A stretch of DNA of 60,573 nucleotides, filler included, from Basidioascus undulatus (GCA_000826855.1; 5 parts of 5 records of this genome joined end to end with filler, not necessarily neighbours in it), one strand, 5' to 3'. Shown: positions 24,009 through 35,936, numbered from the whole stretch's first letter. Program-made: numbers and translations. The notes: generated by a model not told the origin, from the letters alone.

Positions 24009-26247
24009 ATGTCCACCTCAGGGCGCCCCCAGACGCGCGCGCGCCGTTCGAGCTCGTTGCAGCAAGCTATGAACGAAATCAGGTGCGCGCTCCGAGGCTT
24101 CTCTGCTCCCGGGCCTGCTTGTGCACCTTGTGGACTCACCTTCGACCTGCACCTCAATCAGCAATGTTCCGACTCCGGGCCACCCTGAACAGCTTCCGAC
24201 GTACGCAGCGCTCATCCCAAGTATATCCGCGTAATGTTGACCTAGAGAGTCGCTCTACAGCAGGCCGGCTGGGGACGAAGCGGACTCGGAGTCCACCCCG
24301 AGCAGAAGCGCGCCGAAGAAGCGCCGGGCGAGCCCGTCCGGGCGGAAGCGCGGGGTGCGGCCTGGGGAGCAGGAGATGGTGGAGGAGGAGCCGAAGCGGA
24401 AGGGCGCGTTCATTCGGGACTTGTACACGATGCAGTGGATGCGCGAGCCCGGTGAGTGAGCTTTCAATTCGCTGAGCTGAGCTTCCTCGGGAATTGGGGA
24501 CAATAGGAACTAATGTGTTGTGGGTGGGTATGCTGTTATACGGATCAGCTTCGTCGTTCAAGATCATCGTCATCATCCTCGCCTGCTACTTCAACTGGCG
24601 CTTCATTACGCCCCAACTCCCCAACCCCTTCGAACACCTCATCTTCATCTCGAACCCCGTCGGCCCGCGCGCGGACGATCCCGCCGGCACGGTGCGGTAC
24701 GCCAAGTCCTACTGGGTACGTTCTTCGCACAGTCCTGTGATGTGAGCATGGCGCTTACACGCCAGCCGGCGGAACAGGACCTGGCGTTCCTCGTGTTTTA
24801 CGTCGTCGTGTTCTCGTTCACTCGCCAATTCATCACGGAATACATCCTTCGCCCGCTCGCGAAGACCTTGGGCCTGCGGAAGGAGGCTAAGATCCAGCGG
24901 TTCCTCGAGCAGGTGCGTTCTCTGCTCGACTTGACGAAACGCACCCCTGAGCAACTCGCTGAAGCATGAGCGCGCAGAGCTACACCTGCCTGTACTTCAC
25001 TTGCTTTGGTTCTCTGGGTATCGTACGTTTGCAGGCGAGCACCTCTCCGGAAGGCTTTGAGCTGAAGCTGGCTGTGGGTGGCGTAGTGGGTCATGTCACA
25101 GCAGAAGACGTGGTGGTACAAGACCGAGCACTTCTGGCTGGGTGCGCATTCGGAGCTCAACAACTTCTAAAAGCTCCGTTGCTTATTTGAATATTTGCGC
25201 AGAGTACCCCCACTGGGACATGAAGCCGGTCGTCAAGACGTATTATCTCCTCCAGTTCTCGTACTGGCTGCAGCAGCTGCTCGTCCTTGCGCTCCGCCTC
25301 GAGAAGCCCCGCAAGGACTTCAAGGAGCTCGTCGCCCACGTTCGCCATCTTCTTCCCGCTGACCGCGAGGCAGGTGCTGACGAGGTCGGTAACGACAGCA
25401 CATTGTTACTCTTTGGCTTATCGGCTGGAGCTACGGCATCAACCTGACCATGATCGGTAACGCCATCTTCGTGACGATGGACGTCTCGGACATCTTCCTC
25501 GCCGTGCGTGCTTCCCTTCTCCTAAATGATGTGCGCCCAGGCTAACACGCTGCGGGATGGACAGTTCGCCAAGTGCGTCAACTACGTGACATCTGCTGAG
25601 ATTTTCTCTACGATTGTCTTCGGGTGGTTCATCATCGTCTGGACGTGCGTCTCTCCCATGTGCAGCTCGCTCAAACGCATCCCGGCTCTCACACGAGCGT
25701 TGTCCAGGTACCTGCGCCACTGGCTCAACCTCAAGATTCTGTGGTCGGTCTGGTATGAGTTCGACCTCATCCCGTACGTTTTCTTCTCGTTAGGCGGGGA
25801 GGTCCGTACTCATGGCAACGCTTTGCAGCATCGAAAACAAGCGTTGGTGGACCCCGGATGGCGTCTGGATGGTCGACTGGTGCGTGATACTTCGCCTGTG
25901 GTGCTAAGATAACTGATTAGCGGATTCGCTTCTTCAGGATGAAGTACCAGATCTTCGCGCCTATCCTTCTGCTCCAGCTACTCAATCTCTTCTGGTACTG
26001 TACGCACATTCTCCCGCCTATCGCGGCATCTTCGATCACTGACAGTTCCCGCTATATGCAGTCTTGATCTGGCGCATTCTCATTCGGTAGGCCTGTTTCC
26101 TGTAACTGTTTTGTACAATCCAGCTGACTGTCCTGTCCCGCCTGCAGCGCCATCCGCGGCAACGTCCTTGCCGACGAGCGCTCGGAAGACGAGGACGAGG
26201 GCGAGGACGCGCCGGCCGAGAGCGTGGAGGCTGCCAAGGCGGAATGA
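24009..26247 (+). CDS. LAG1: Ceramide synthase (sphingosine N-acyltransferase, Lag1/Lac1 TLC domain), many introns
   Basis: Lag1 motif EKPRKDFKELVAHHIVTLWLIGWSY..IGNAIFVTMDVSDIFLA; YLRHWLNLKILWSVW; C-terminal DERSEDEDE. Confidence 0.92.
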
Positions 26248-26608
26248 GCGCTGGTGCTCGCTCGCCGCCGACCTGTGGGTCTCGCGGATGGGCCAGCTGG
26301 AAGGGACGAGGGAGAATGAATGGGAGCTGTGAAGTCGAGGACGACTTGCTCTAATATGGGACTTGGAACATTATACCCCTTCTGCACTCTACACTGTATT
26401 TCGACAGCCTGCTTTTGATCGACTTGTCGCCTCAATGTGCTCTGAAGGTCACCACGACTGCGTCTTGAGAGCATGGCATGAGCAGGGCCCAGACCTCCAC
26501 TCGTTAGCCTCGATCAACCCGAACTCCCACGGCACCCTCGTGGAAGCTTCCTGCTGCTGCCGTGTCTTCTCTCTTCCCAGCAAATCCACGCCTCCAAGCA
26601 TACACCAA

Positions 26609-27824
26609 ATGGACGACCTGCCAGGCGCCTACCGCTCACACACGCCGTCAATATCCAGCACAAAGTCGGAGGAAGACATCGCGCCGCCTCAGCCGGCCTC
26701 GCAGCGGCTCGAGACGCTCAGCCTCTCCTTCTCGGGCCTGCCGCGCGAGCTCAGCTTGACGGTGGATGCTGGGCCGGGGTGCGGGGGAATCGCTTGGCCT
26801 GCCGGAATGGTGCGCTTCAGTCTCACTCATGCTTTCAGTGGAATGCGGGCGAGAGGATAGGAAAGACTGAAACAGATGGAGTGGCGGCGCAGGTCCTCGC
26901 CGGCTACCTCATTCAACGCGCAGACATACGTGCTGGCGTGTGGAGGGGGAAGACGATTCTTGAGCTCGGCTCGGGAACGGGACTTGTGGGCCTCGTCGCG
27001 GGTATTTTGGAGCCGAAGGCGGACGTGTGGGTGTCAGATCAAGAGTGGGTAGTTTCACTTCGCTTGGTTGCTCAGTGAGGAAAGGGCGGGGATGGCTGAC
27101 GTGAGAGAGACCTGGGGAGCAGGATGCTGCTGCAGTTGATGCGGGATAATATCAACGGAAACGGGCTCGGAAACGCACATGCCGTCGAGCTGAATTGGTG
27201 CGCCCGTTTCTCGCGTGTGCATCCAGTTGCGAGCGGGGGTGCTTACGTGCTGACACGACGAGCAGGGGCGAGCCTGTCCCTGCTGAGCTGCCCCAGCCGG
27301 ACATCCTCCTCCTGGCAGATTGTGCGTCCGCGGTCGTCACTTTCTCGCACAACGGCGCATGATCCCGTCTGACAGAACCCCGCCTCCCAGGCGTCTACTT
27401 CGAGCCCTGTTCGTTCCGCACTGCCCTCTCGGTCTCCGCTGCTCTCTGACCCACCCGCGCCCCGCTAGGTTTCCCCCTCCTCGTCACCACACTCGCACAC
27501 CTTACCGCCTCAGGCCAAGTCGGCGAGATTCTCTTCTGCTGGAAGCGCCGGAGAAAGGCCGACAAACGCTTCTTCGGAATGCTGCGGAAGGTGTTCGATT
27601 ACGAGGAGGTGCGTGTCCTCCCCCCCCCCCCCCTCTCCCAATACGAAGTATGTCTCGATGTGAATGCTGGGATGGAAAGAAAGCTAAATGTGAGGGAGCG
27701 GGGAATACAGGTGCAGGACGACCCGGACCGGGAGGTCTACACCAGGGAGGGTGTGCAGCTTTTGAGCTTGAGGAGGAAGGAGCGCATCAACTGGCCCCCT
27801 GCGGACGCTACCGCCAAACATTAG
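26609..27824 (+). CDS. EFM6: Family-16 (METTL21/Efm6-like) protein lysine methyltransferase
   Basis: DAGPGCGGIAWPAG, ILELGSGTGLVGL, VSDQ, LNWG, LLADCVYFEP.FPLLV and KRRRKADKRFF. Confidence 0.82.
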
Positions 27825-28709
27825 GGAGGAACGCGACGCCGGGGGATGACGGCGGCGGACTGGAGAGCAAGAGAGGCAGGGACGGGGTTGAACGCAGCGT
27901 CGTGGGAGGGGCGGAGGGATGCGGGAGCGGGGCAGCACAGACTAAGACACTGGACCTTTGACATGGAAAACCATCAAATCATGATTCTCAAGGAAAGGCC
28001 CTCAAGTTTGCAGTCCTCAGCTCTCGCAGAGAGGAATGTGACGCTGCGACGAGCGTGCAGCTATTCATTACTAGTCTCCTGCGAGACTGCTCGCGCGGTA
28101 ATGCAAGACTGCCTCTCTGGTTGAAGTCGCTGGCCCTCTGGATACATGTGAGCATCCCTTGGATGTTCCAGGAATGACAATGCCGGTGACGGTGACTAAT
28201 ATATGTGTGTCCCGGTCCGACAGTCGTTCAGTCACTGCAAGACTCCGCAGTGGGGCAGCGACGTCCTATGGTGTGCTCGGACCCTCTAAATTCTGAAACA
28301 TCTCACTTCGATTTACGTTTTTCTAACGGGAAGCTGCATTGTTGCGGTCTGCGACGTGCCAGCTGAGCCACGCACTGTTTGGCGATTCGCAGGCGCCCCA
28401 CACGGTTCTTAGCCTGCCCTGCCGTCGTGCCTCGTCCTCCTTCTCCTCCGCCCCGGTCTGCTTTTCGCCTTCTCTTATTTACGTTCCAGTACCATCGTTC
28501 CATGATACCGCTCTCTGCCGCCGTCGCGTCCCCGAGCATCTTCCCCGCCGCCGCCATCGTCGTTCCGCTCGTTCCCCTGAAGACCCGGCTCCACCGACCC
28601 ACACCTTGAACGCTGAGCCGGCGCCCACGCACGGCTTTCTTGGGTATATCACGCACCAAACCAACTGTCATATATCGTCTGATATCAAAGACTACTTGTC
28701 CACAACGCT

Positions 28710-29609
28710 ATGAGTGGCGCGGCCCGCAACACCGCTCGCGCCTGGGATGATTGGGAAGCCGTGAGTCGGGACTGGCATTCGCGTTCATTCCCACCTTTCG
28801 AACCCCCAACACACCGCCCTTCTTTCCAGGTGTCCGACTCGACTCCGTCTTCTCCACCCGCTGCACCATCCCCCTCCGAGTTCCCTTCCCTATCCGCCGC
28901 GTCCGCCGCCGCCCCGCGAATCCTCGCTCGCCCCTCCCCGTCCCCGACGCCCCTGACGCTTGCGAACCTCACGCTTTGGGACCGCGCACAGTCGCATCCC
29001 AACCCCCAATCGGTTCTCCTGCCGCCGCCCGGGCCCTCGCTCCCCACGTTCACACCCCAGATCCTGAGGCGGCCGACGCCTGCGGGCGGCGACGGCGGGA
29101 AGGATGGAGGAAGGGCAAAAGGGGCAGCGATGACGCCTGAGGAAGTTGAGCGGGGTCTGAGGGAGAGGGAGAGGAGGTACAAGGAGGCGAGAGACAGGAT
29201 CATGGGCACTCCTGCGCCCGGAGAGGGAGATGGCGAGCGCGGGAACACGGAGGGCGGCAAGGGCAGCGGGGGCAGGGCAAAGAGCCGAGCGCGTCAGTCG
29301 CCGGCGGGCTCGTTGCCCCGCATTGCAAGCTCCGCCCCCGGCTCGAGGCCATCATCGCGCGGCGGGGGCGGCGGTGGTGCTAATGGGACCGGGAAGGCCG
29401 GAGGAGGGAACATGAGGGAGCCGCGAGGGCCGGACGGCACCGGCGCTGGGTTCGCGGCTTCTCGGGGAGGCAGGAGAAGGGGGAGGGGAAGGGGAGGCGG
29501 GAACGGCGACGGCGGCGGCGACGGGAGAGGGGGAGGCAAGAGGGAGGCGAGAGAGGTCAGGGATGGGCCGCCGCATTTGGCTGTCCTCGGACGGAGGGAA
29601 GTGGACTAG
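28710..29609 (+). CDS. SUZ-domain protein (RNA-associated, RGG-rich tail)
   Basis: WDDWE N-terminus; PQILRRP..TPEE..ERERRYKEARDRIMG (SUZ) and REPRGPDG..GF (SUZ-C) motifs; probably one intron near 28761-28830. Confidence 0.78.
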   Translation: MSGAARNTARAWDDWEAVSRDWHSRSFPPFEPPTHRPSFQVSDSTPSSPPAAPSPSEFPSLSAASAAAPRILARPSPSPTPLTLANLTLWDRAQSHPNPQSVLLPPPGPSLPTFTPQILRRPTPAGGDGGKDGGRAKGAAMTPEEVERGLRERERRYKEARDRIMGTPAPGEGDGERGNTEGGKGSGGRAKSRARQSPAGSLPRIASSAPGSRPSSRGGGGGGANGTGKAGGGNMREPRGPDGTGAGFAASRGGRRRGRGRGGGNGDGGGDGRGGGKREAREVRDGPPHLAVLGRREVD

Positions 29610-29831
29610 ACATAGATGCACTTTCGCCATGCATTTGGTTTGTGTCGGGCATGTGGATTGTCTGATTGAGCCAGGCTGCTTTGTTTGTTGTCGGTGACAG
29701 CGCTGGTGGTCTAATAAAGGCAGGAACTTTCCAGTTTAATGAATCCCTGCTGGCTCTATCGGAGGTCCACTCGTACTTCGGTAAGGTTGGCTCTTTGCAG
29801 TGAGGAACAGACCGTGGCAGTCGTGCGGATG

Positions 29832-29833
<2 letters not shown>

Positions 29834-29863
<30 letters not shown>
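29834..29863. repeat. 30-nt poly(T) tract
   Basis: Uninterrupted T run in intergenic DNA. Confidence 0.95.
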
Positions 29864-29865
<2 letters not shown>

Positions 29866-30273
29866 GTCGCCACAGAGCCGACATGGAGTTTGGCAATGTT
29901 GACGTGAAAGAGTCCGGTGAGCATCTGTTGCGCCTCGTATTCATTGATTCAATGTCGCAGGTAGAACGCAGGGTCATGCGAGCGCTGTCGCCGGTTTACA
30001 TAGAAGAATGAGCGGCTATGTTATCGTCCGTCATGAGCCCCGTGCATGACAATCAGCCGGAAAGATTCCACGTGTTTTCTGGATTTTCGAACGGCGATCA
30101 GAAACACGACAGGCCAAACGAAGGACCGGGCTCGGCTGCGTGTTCCTCCTGCCTTAAAAGTGCTATCGCAGTCACCACCTCGCTGTGGTCCGCTAGCTCA
30201 TGCAGAAGTCCTAGGCAAAGAGAATCTTGGCCGAAAGTCTAGATTAGGTGGTTATTACTTAGCCAAACACTGC

Positions 30274-31100
30274 TCAGTATTGTGTACCTGTGGGCTTGAG
30301 CAGCTCTCCGGGCAGCTGCCGTGGGCAGTAGTGGGGATGGCAGCCAGAATGATACATACATGGTAATATGAGGGTTTTACTTCGTACTTCATCATACCTG
30401 ATACTCATACATAGTTCTTTGAGAGGACCCTCATCTATGAGATTCAACCTGATAGTATGAGGTGAAGTATAAGGGAAGGTGGCATATCTGGTAACCCAAC
30501 AGACTGCCATGTAAGTTGTGTCTGTAAAGTTGGTTCTCTTTGCCACCTTTTTATAAGAGGCCCAGATTCCTGTTTGAGGAAGTTTGGAAGGCAAAATGGT
30601 GGCAAGCAAGCCATATTCCTGTTTGAAGAGAGGCAACCTGTCCATCATGTCAGAGATCCCCACTGTGCTGGATAGCCCCTCCTTTTTACACAGATTGATT
30701 GTAAAGATCTCTTCTGCAATTGGTTTTATTCGTTTCTTGAGAATACGACTCACATTTTACCCAGTAGGACTGATGGAGTTCCAACACCCTTGTGTCTGCC
30801 TGCAGGGATGCACCACCCAAGTCCTGCCAGGGAGATTACACTGTTGACAGCTTAAATAAGACAGTTCTCAGATCTGTGTATTTTTTGCCATACAGATGTC
30901 TCTCCAGTACTGGATCACATGCTCATTTCATGTTAAAGTCATGTTGGAGCTAGCATTGAAGTGCGGGCCTGTTTGCACTTCCAAGATGGCACAAACTTAC
31001 AGAAGTGTGATGATCCTAATACAAACCTCATGGTACGAGGCAGTATGAGGATATGAGCTTGTGCTAATACTCATTCTCATACATATGCTCAAAATGTATG
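30274..31100 (-). mobile_element. CpG-depleted relic, probably a transposon or repeat fragment, with a 159-aa intronless ORF
   Basis: Only 3 CpG counted in 30361-30960 against CpG-rich flanks; rich in TpG/CpA; ORF 30274-30753 has no domain I recognise. Confidence 0.45.
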
Positions 31101-31536
31101 AGCATGAGTATATGTGCCAACCTTCGGCAGTACGGTACACAGTCCTCAGTACATAGTGTTGTCACCCAGTGCACCATAATGTGTATGCGAAACAGGATAT
31201 TAAGAAACAGGTGACGTATGGAAATTTTGAAAACACAGTGAAGGACAAATATGGCCGAGATGCGTTCACTTGAATTTTACACGCCCGCCGCCAGGTGATG
31301 GCGGCCTGTCCTCGACCGATGTCTGCTGGGTAGACAGTCTACACATTAACCATCACCTGCATATCTCAGAAGTTGTGTAATTTGTATTCTGGATTATTTA
31401 ACATACCCTGAGACCGTCTGCAGGCCGTGTTGGGGCCGAGACTGGCAATTCAAGTAGTTTCAACATACCTTATTTTGATTAAGATTTTATATGCCTTTGT
31501 TCTGTTACCACCAAGGGTACCTAAGTGGTAGTCGAG

Positions 31537-31604
31537 ATCAGGGGGTTGCAGGTTCGATCCCTGCGTCGGTCACGGCCGGCTGGCTCAATGGTAGAGTATC
31601 TGAC
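31537..31604 (+). tRNA. tRNA-Arg-like halves in inverted order (3' half then 5' half); anticodon lost at the contig break
   Basis: 31537-31572 reads A-TCAGG-GGGTT-GCAGG-TTCGATC-CCTGC-GTCGGTC-A (positions 38-73). After one C, 31574-31604 reads GGCCGGC-TG-GCTC-AATGGTA-GAGT-A-TCTGA-C (positions 1-32). Acceptor and anticodon stems pair between the two halves. Confidence 0.8.
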
Positions 31605-31704
31605 NNNNNNNNNNNNNNNNNNNNNNNNNNNNNNNNNNNNNNNNNNNNTTAATTAATTAANNNNNNNNNNNNNNNNNNNNNNNNNNNNNNNNNNNNNNNN
31701 NNNN
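31605..31704. other. Artificial contig linker
   Basis: 44 N + TTAATTAATTAA (six-frame stop) + 44 N. Confidence 0.99.
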
Positions 31705-32089
31705 TATGGTGCTGGCGGCGGGGGAAGTAGGGGACGTCGTCGTTACCGCCCTTGCCGAGCTTCTTGTGCTTAAATTCCTCGAGCTGGAAGTCGAGGTTGG
31801 TGTCGACGCTGTTGTCGATGTTGATAGCATCCTCCTGTTGAGCGCGGCGGCCAAGCGGCGAGCGCCCGCCGGCAGCGCCCGGGGCGAGGAGGAACTGCGT
31901 CGAACCACCGGGGCTGAGGACGTTGGGAGCTGGGGCACGCTGGAAGGATCCGGTGAAGGGCCTTTGGCGGCCCCCAAGGGGGCCGAGGACAGCCGACAAG
32001 ACGTCGATAGGGAGGCTGGGGAAGAAAGGCAGCGGCGCGGCGACGGTGTTGCCGGTAGCGAGCGCGAAGATAATGATTTCAGAACGCAT
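31705..32089 (-). CDS. Secreted protein precursor, 3'-truncated by the contig end
   Basis: Signal-like MRSEIIIFALATGNTVAAP; dibasic GRR and PRR sites; ORF runs into the linker. Confidence 0.7.
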
Positions 32090-33514
32090 GATGGAGTGTA
32101 GGGTGGGACGAGGGGCGGGGCAAATGAGTTTGTTTGCCGTTCGGTGTAAAGGAGCGACGAGTTGCCGAGGCGAAGTAATGAGAGAGAAACGCTACTGCAG
32201 AGAGGACGAGCTGATGTGGGAAGTGAGCGGTCTTCTAACAGGTGCCCTTATATTGAAAAGATAGGAGGCTGAAACCGAAAACAAGACGCTTTCATATTTT
32301 GTGAGAATCGGAGTCTCGATGGACCGACACTGTAACAGCCATGCAATGGCTGACTGCAAGATGGCAGTTCCCGCCAGGGGGAGGGCTGCGAGATAGTCTC
32401 TTTCGCGCGGTGAAGTTGGGCTACGAGGTGTTGACTGCTTTTTACTATATTGTGCAGTATGTGAGCTATTTCGCACAAGCACCAGCCGAAATCGCACGCT
32501 ACGCTGCAGAGTGTGTGCAGCGCGCAACGCGGGCGACGGAAAATACACACAGCGCATTAGAGACTCGCCAGACTCGCCTGTGAAACTGCGCACTATTCGG
32601 GAACTCTAAGGACATGTAACTTCATACTCGAAATTTTCGGGAGACGGCGAGAGCTGACGGTTGTCCCACAGGTACATAAAGGCAATAAAGCATTCTGGTC
32701 CCATCAAAGCGACACAGCCCACAGCGTTGTCGAAGAACATGTACCTGGCCCTCTTTTGTTTCGAGGTCGAAATGAATCATTTGTAAACGGCCTGTTCCAC
32801 GCAAATGGACATGGTGGCCCAAGGAGCGCTGTATGGCTAAGCGATTTCAACGAGCGACACTGTGCATGTGCTTGGGCTTGACAGCGGTCATCCGCTCCAA
32901 AGGAGAGTTCATCCCTATGGATCTCGTGGATAGGCGGCCCAACATTATTCCCGTCGAACATAAGGTCATTAATCTGTGAGTACATGTACCATCCTCCTTC
33001 GCTTGTCGCTCGGATGTGTTTCGCAAAAGAGCTGACGGCGCGATCCCCTCCCGCCCTATTCATGGTGAAGAGGGGATCCCCCTCCGCTTCCCCCGGGATT
33101 CCCCCCTGTGTATAGCTTTGAAAATGGTAGCTTGATTTGTGATTAACGAACCCTCAAGCAAACGCCATTCACACGGACTCACTCACCTTGACACGGACTC
33201 ACGAAAACTCTGACACGGGCCTATGCCGCGTGGGCAGGCCGCCATTTGGCCTCCTCGGCCTCTTCTCCTAGTCCTTGGCCTCCGCTCGTACCGCCCTTTT
33301 CCGCTCGAGCCGCCGAGTTTGAGAACCTCTAAGTAACCGCGGAGCACCGTATATAAGGCGAACTGCTCGCCTCGATGCAGATCCCCATCAAACAGCTCTC
33401 TCTTCCCTCTCTCACTCACTCTAGTCTCGCCTATCCGGCACCCACACTCGTTTACTACACCTCTCTCCCACATCTAATATACTCCCCTACACCCCTCCAA
33501 TCCGAATAATCGCC

Positions 33515-35084
33515 ATGTTCAGCAAGTCGTTCATCCTCGCTGCCATCGCCGCCTGTGAGTTGTTGCGCCTCCTGACTGCCGACCACTGCGCTGACTTACA
33601 ACCAACATCGCAGCCGCTGCGGCCGCCCCCATCGTGTCGCTCGGTGGTGGTGCTGCTGCGCGCGCTGGTGCCGGTGCAGTCGGCGCGACCAACGGCGGCC
33701 AGACTTTCAAGGCTATTGGCGGCGGTATTGGGGCTGGCGCCGGGGCGGGCGCGACTGTCTCCCGTCGCTCGTTCGGGAACGCTAAGCGTGAGCTCAAGGT
33801 AAGCATACCATCTCTAATTGGACACGTTTGTTTACTTGCTAACACACAACATCCTTCAGGCCCGCTGCGCCGACCACGAAGCGCAGGCCGTCGCGGCCGT
33901 CTCGCAGGCTCCTGCCGCCGGCGCTGCCGCCGGCACTGCCTCGACCGCCACCCAGGCGGTTGCCGGCGCGTCTGGCAAGGCCGCCTCCCTCGTCTCTGGC
34001 GCGCCCCCCCAGGCTGCGGGCCTGCTGGCCGGCCTCCCCGTCGGCCAGGCGCTCTCCGTCCTCCCCGGCGTGCCCCAGGGCTTCCCCGTCTCGCTCCCCA
34101 CCGACGTCCTCTCCGGCCTCAAGGAGATCGAGATCGACATTGACGTTGAGGCGTTCAAGGCTGTCTTTGCACAGCTTGAGATCGACATCCACGCCCTGTC
34201 TGTATGTTCACTGCCTTGCGCTTTCACACTCCCCTCAGTAAAAACGGCGACTGACCCGCGCATGTACTGACTCCTCAGGTCGACGTTGAGGCGAAGGTCA
34301 ACGCGGGTGGCATCTCCCTCTTCGACGTCTCTGGCGGTCCGTCTTTCATCGGCTCTTAGCCCCAAACTGAGGTTCCCTCATAACCGATCTCCCATCCCCC
34401 TTCCTGCAGAGGTCGACAAGCTCTTCGGCCTCCTCGGCGGTGTCGCTGGTCAGGTTCAGGCCCTCCCGAAGGCCGCCTCGCCCTGCAAGGTCTCTGTGGA
34501 CCTCCAGGTTGAGCTGGCTCAGATCATCGGTGCGGTCGTCGCCAAGGTGACTGGCACCGTTGAGAAGCTCGAGGTGCGTTCCAATGCTTTCACACGTTTC
34601 CGCTCCCTCCTGTTGGCTCACAAGAGGTCGGCACGCTCTTGTAGGCTGTCCCCGGTGCTGCTGCCCTCCTCGCTGGTATCGGTGAGCCCCTTTGCTCCAA
34701 ACCTCCCTGATCTGAACTCAGCTCATCGACACATCGACGCTCTTTCTGCTTCCATCAGACGCTCGTCTGTCGGCTGTCCTCAACGTCGCGAACGGCGTCG
34801 TCGGCACGGTCCTCGGCCTTGTTGGCCGTAAGCGCTCTACCAGTTCTTACACGCCGCCAAGCTCCCCATGTGCTGATGTCGCATCCACTTCGACCAGACG
34901 TCCTCGCCACCCTCGGCGTCGCCGTGTCCGCGGTCCTGTACCGTGCGGGCGGGGTAAGTGGAGCCTCCTTCCCTGTTCTTTCCCCCCTACAACCTAACAC
35001 TCACTGCTCTGTTTCAAACCCCAGATCGTCTTCGGTCTCCTCAACGGCGTCACCGGCAACATCCTCTCTTGCGGTTGCAACTAA
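33515..35084 (+). CDS. Secreted Ala/Gly/Val/Leu-rich amphipathic protein (surface or cell-wall protein), multi-exon
   Basis: Signal MFSKSFILAAIA|AAAAAP; RR and KR processing sites; amphipathic helical C-terminal part (VDLQVELAQIIGAVVAKV..VLNVANGVVGTVLGLVG..NILSCGCN*); TATAAG at about 33352. Confidence 0.8.
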
Positions 35085-35194
35085 GCGGGGCTTTCACTCC
35101 GCGTTGCTTGGGTCCCGTGTCGTCCACGCTTCCCCACCCTCTTCCTTTTTCCATCTTTGTTTTGGGACTATTCATACCCCTGATCGAAAGGCTG

Positions 35195-35936
35195 TGTGTA
35201 AGAGGTGTGTGACTGCGGATTCCGAAGTTCTGGCAGGCTGGCAGGCTGTACCCGCGACCCGTCCGAAAATGTGCAGTATCAAGTCTTGACACCATACCAA
35301 GTCTCCCTGTTTGCTTGTTCAGACAGATTGATAGAATTGATAGACAAGACAAACTTCTCTCTGGAGATCTGATCGGAGCCGACAGCGGTTCCTATCAGAC
35401 GCTGATCAGTGATCAGAGTGACTAGAACACTGCAGAGGACCAAAAACAGTCTGGTTGTTCTCCAGGCGGTTCCTCTAGCCAACCGGCCCAATAAGGTGTG
35501 TTGCTCAAGATCTGATGGGCAGCAGGACAAGGGGCAGCTTGTGAGGCGTAACAGGGGTGCGATTCCCCAGCGACCAAGATTGTCCATTCAGCTGAAAGTC
35601 GAGCGGAGAAGCAAGGTGTGCTGCCTGGTTGATGGTGATCTGCAATGTTCAGCTCGCAGCGGTGCAGTCAGATCTGACATGCTCTGTATGCCCGCCGCGC
35701 TGGGGCTGTCAGGAACCCAATTGTGTCCCCCTACCCCTCGCTCCTCCCCCGGCCTGGCCCTTCTTTTCAAGGCACAAGGTAGGGATGTGTGTTTAACTCT
35801 TCCATAAGGGTACTCCTCCGAAGTACCCTCTGGGATAGGGACTCTGTATGAATGAACTTCTGGGGCAGCGGTGGCCCAGGATGTTGACTCGGAGTCCCCT
35901 CCGGGCATACGACGAGGGCTGGCATGCCCGACCACA
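35195..35936 (-). mobile_element. Possible solo LTR or TE relic
   Basis: About 740 bp non-coding segment reading TGTGGT...CTTACA on the minus strand, CpG-poorer than its flanks; no clean target-site duplication found. Confidence 0.3.
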
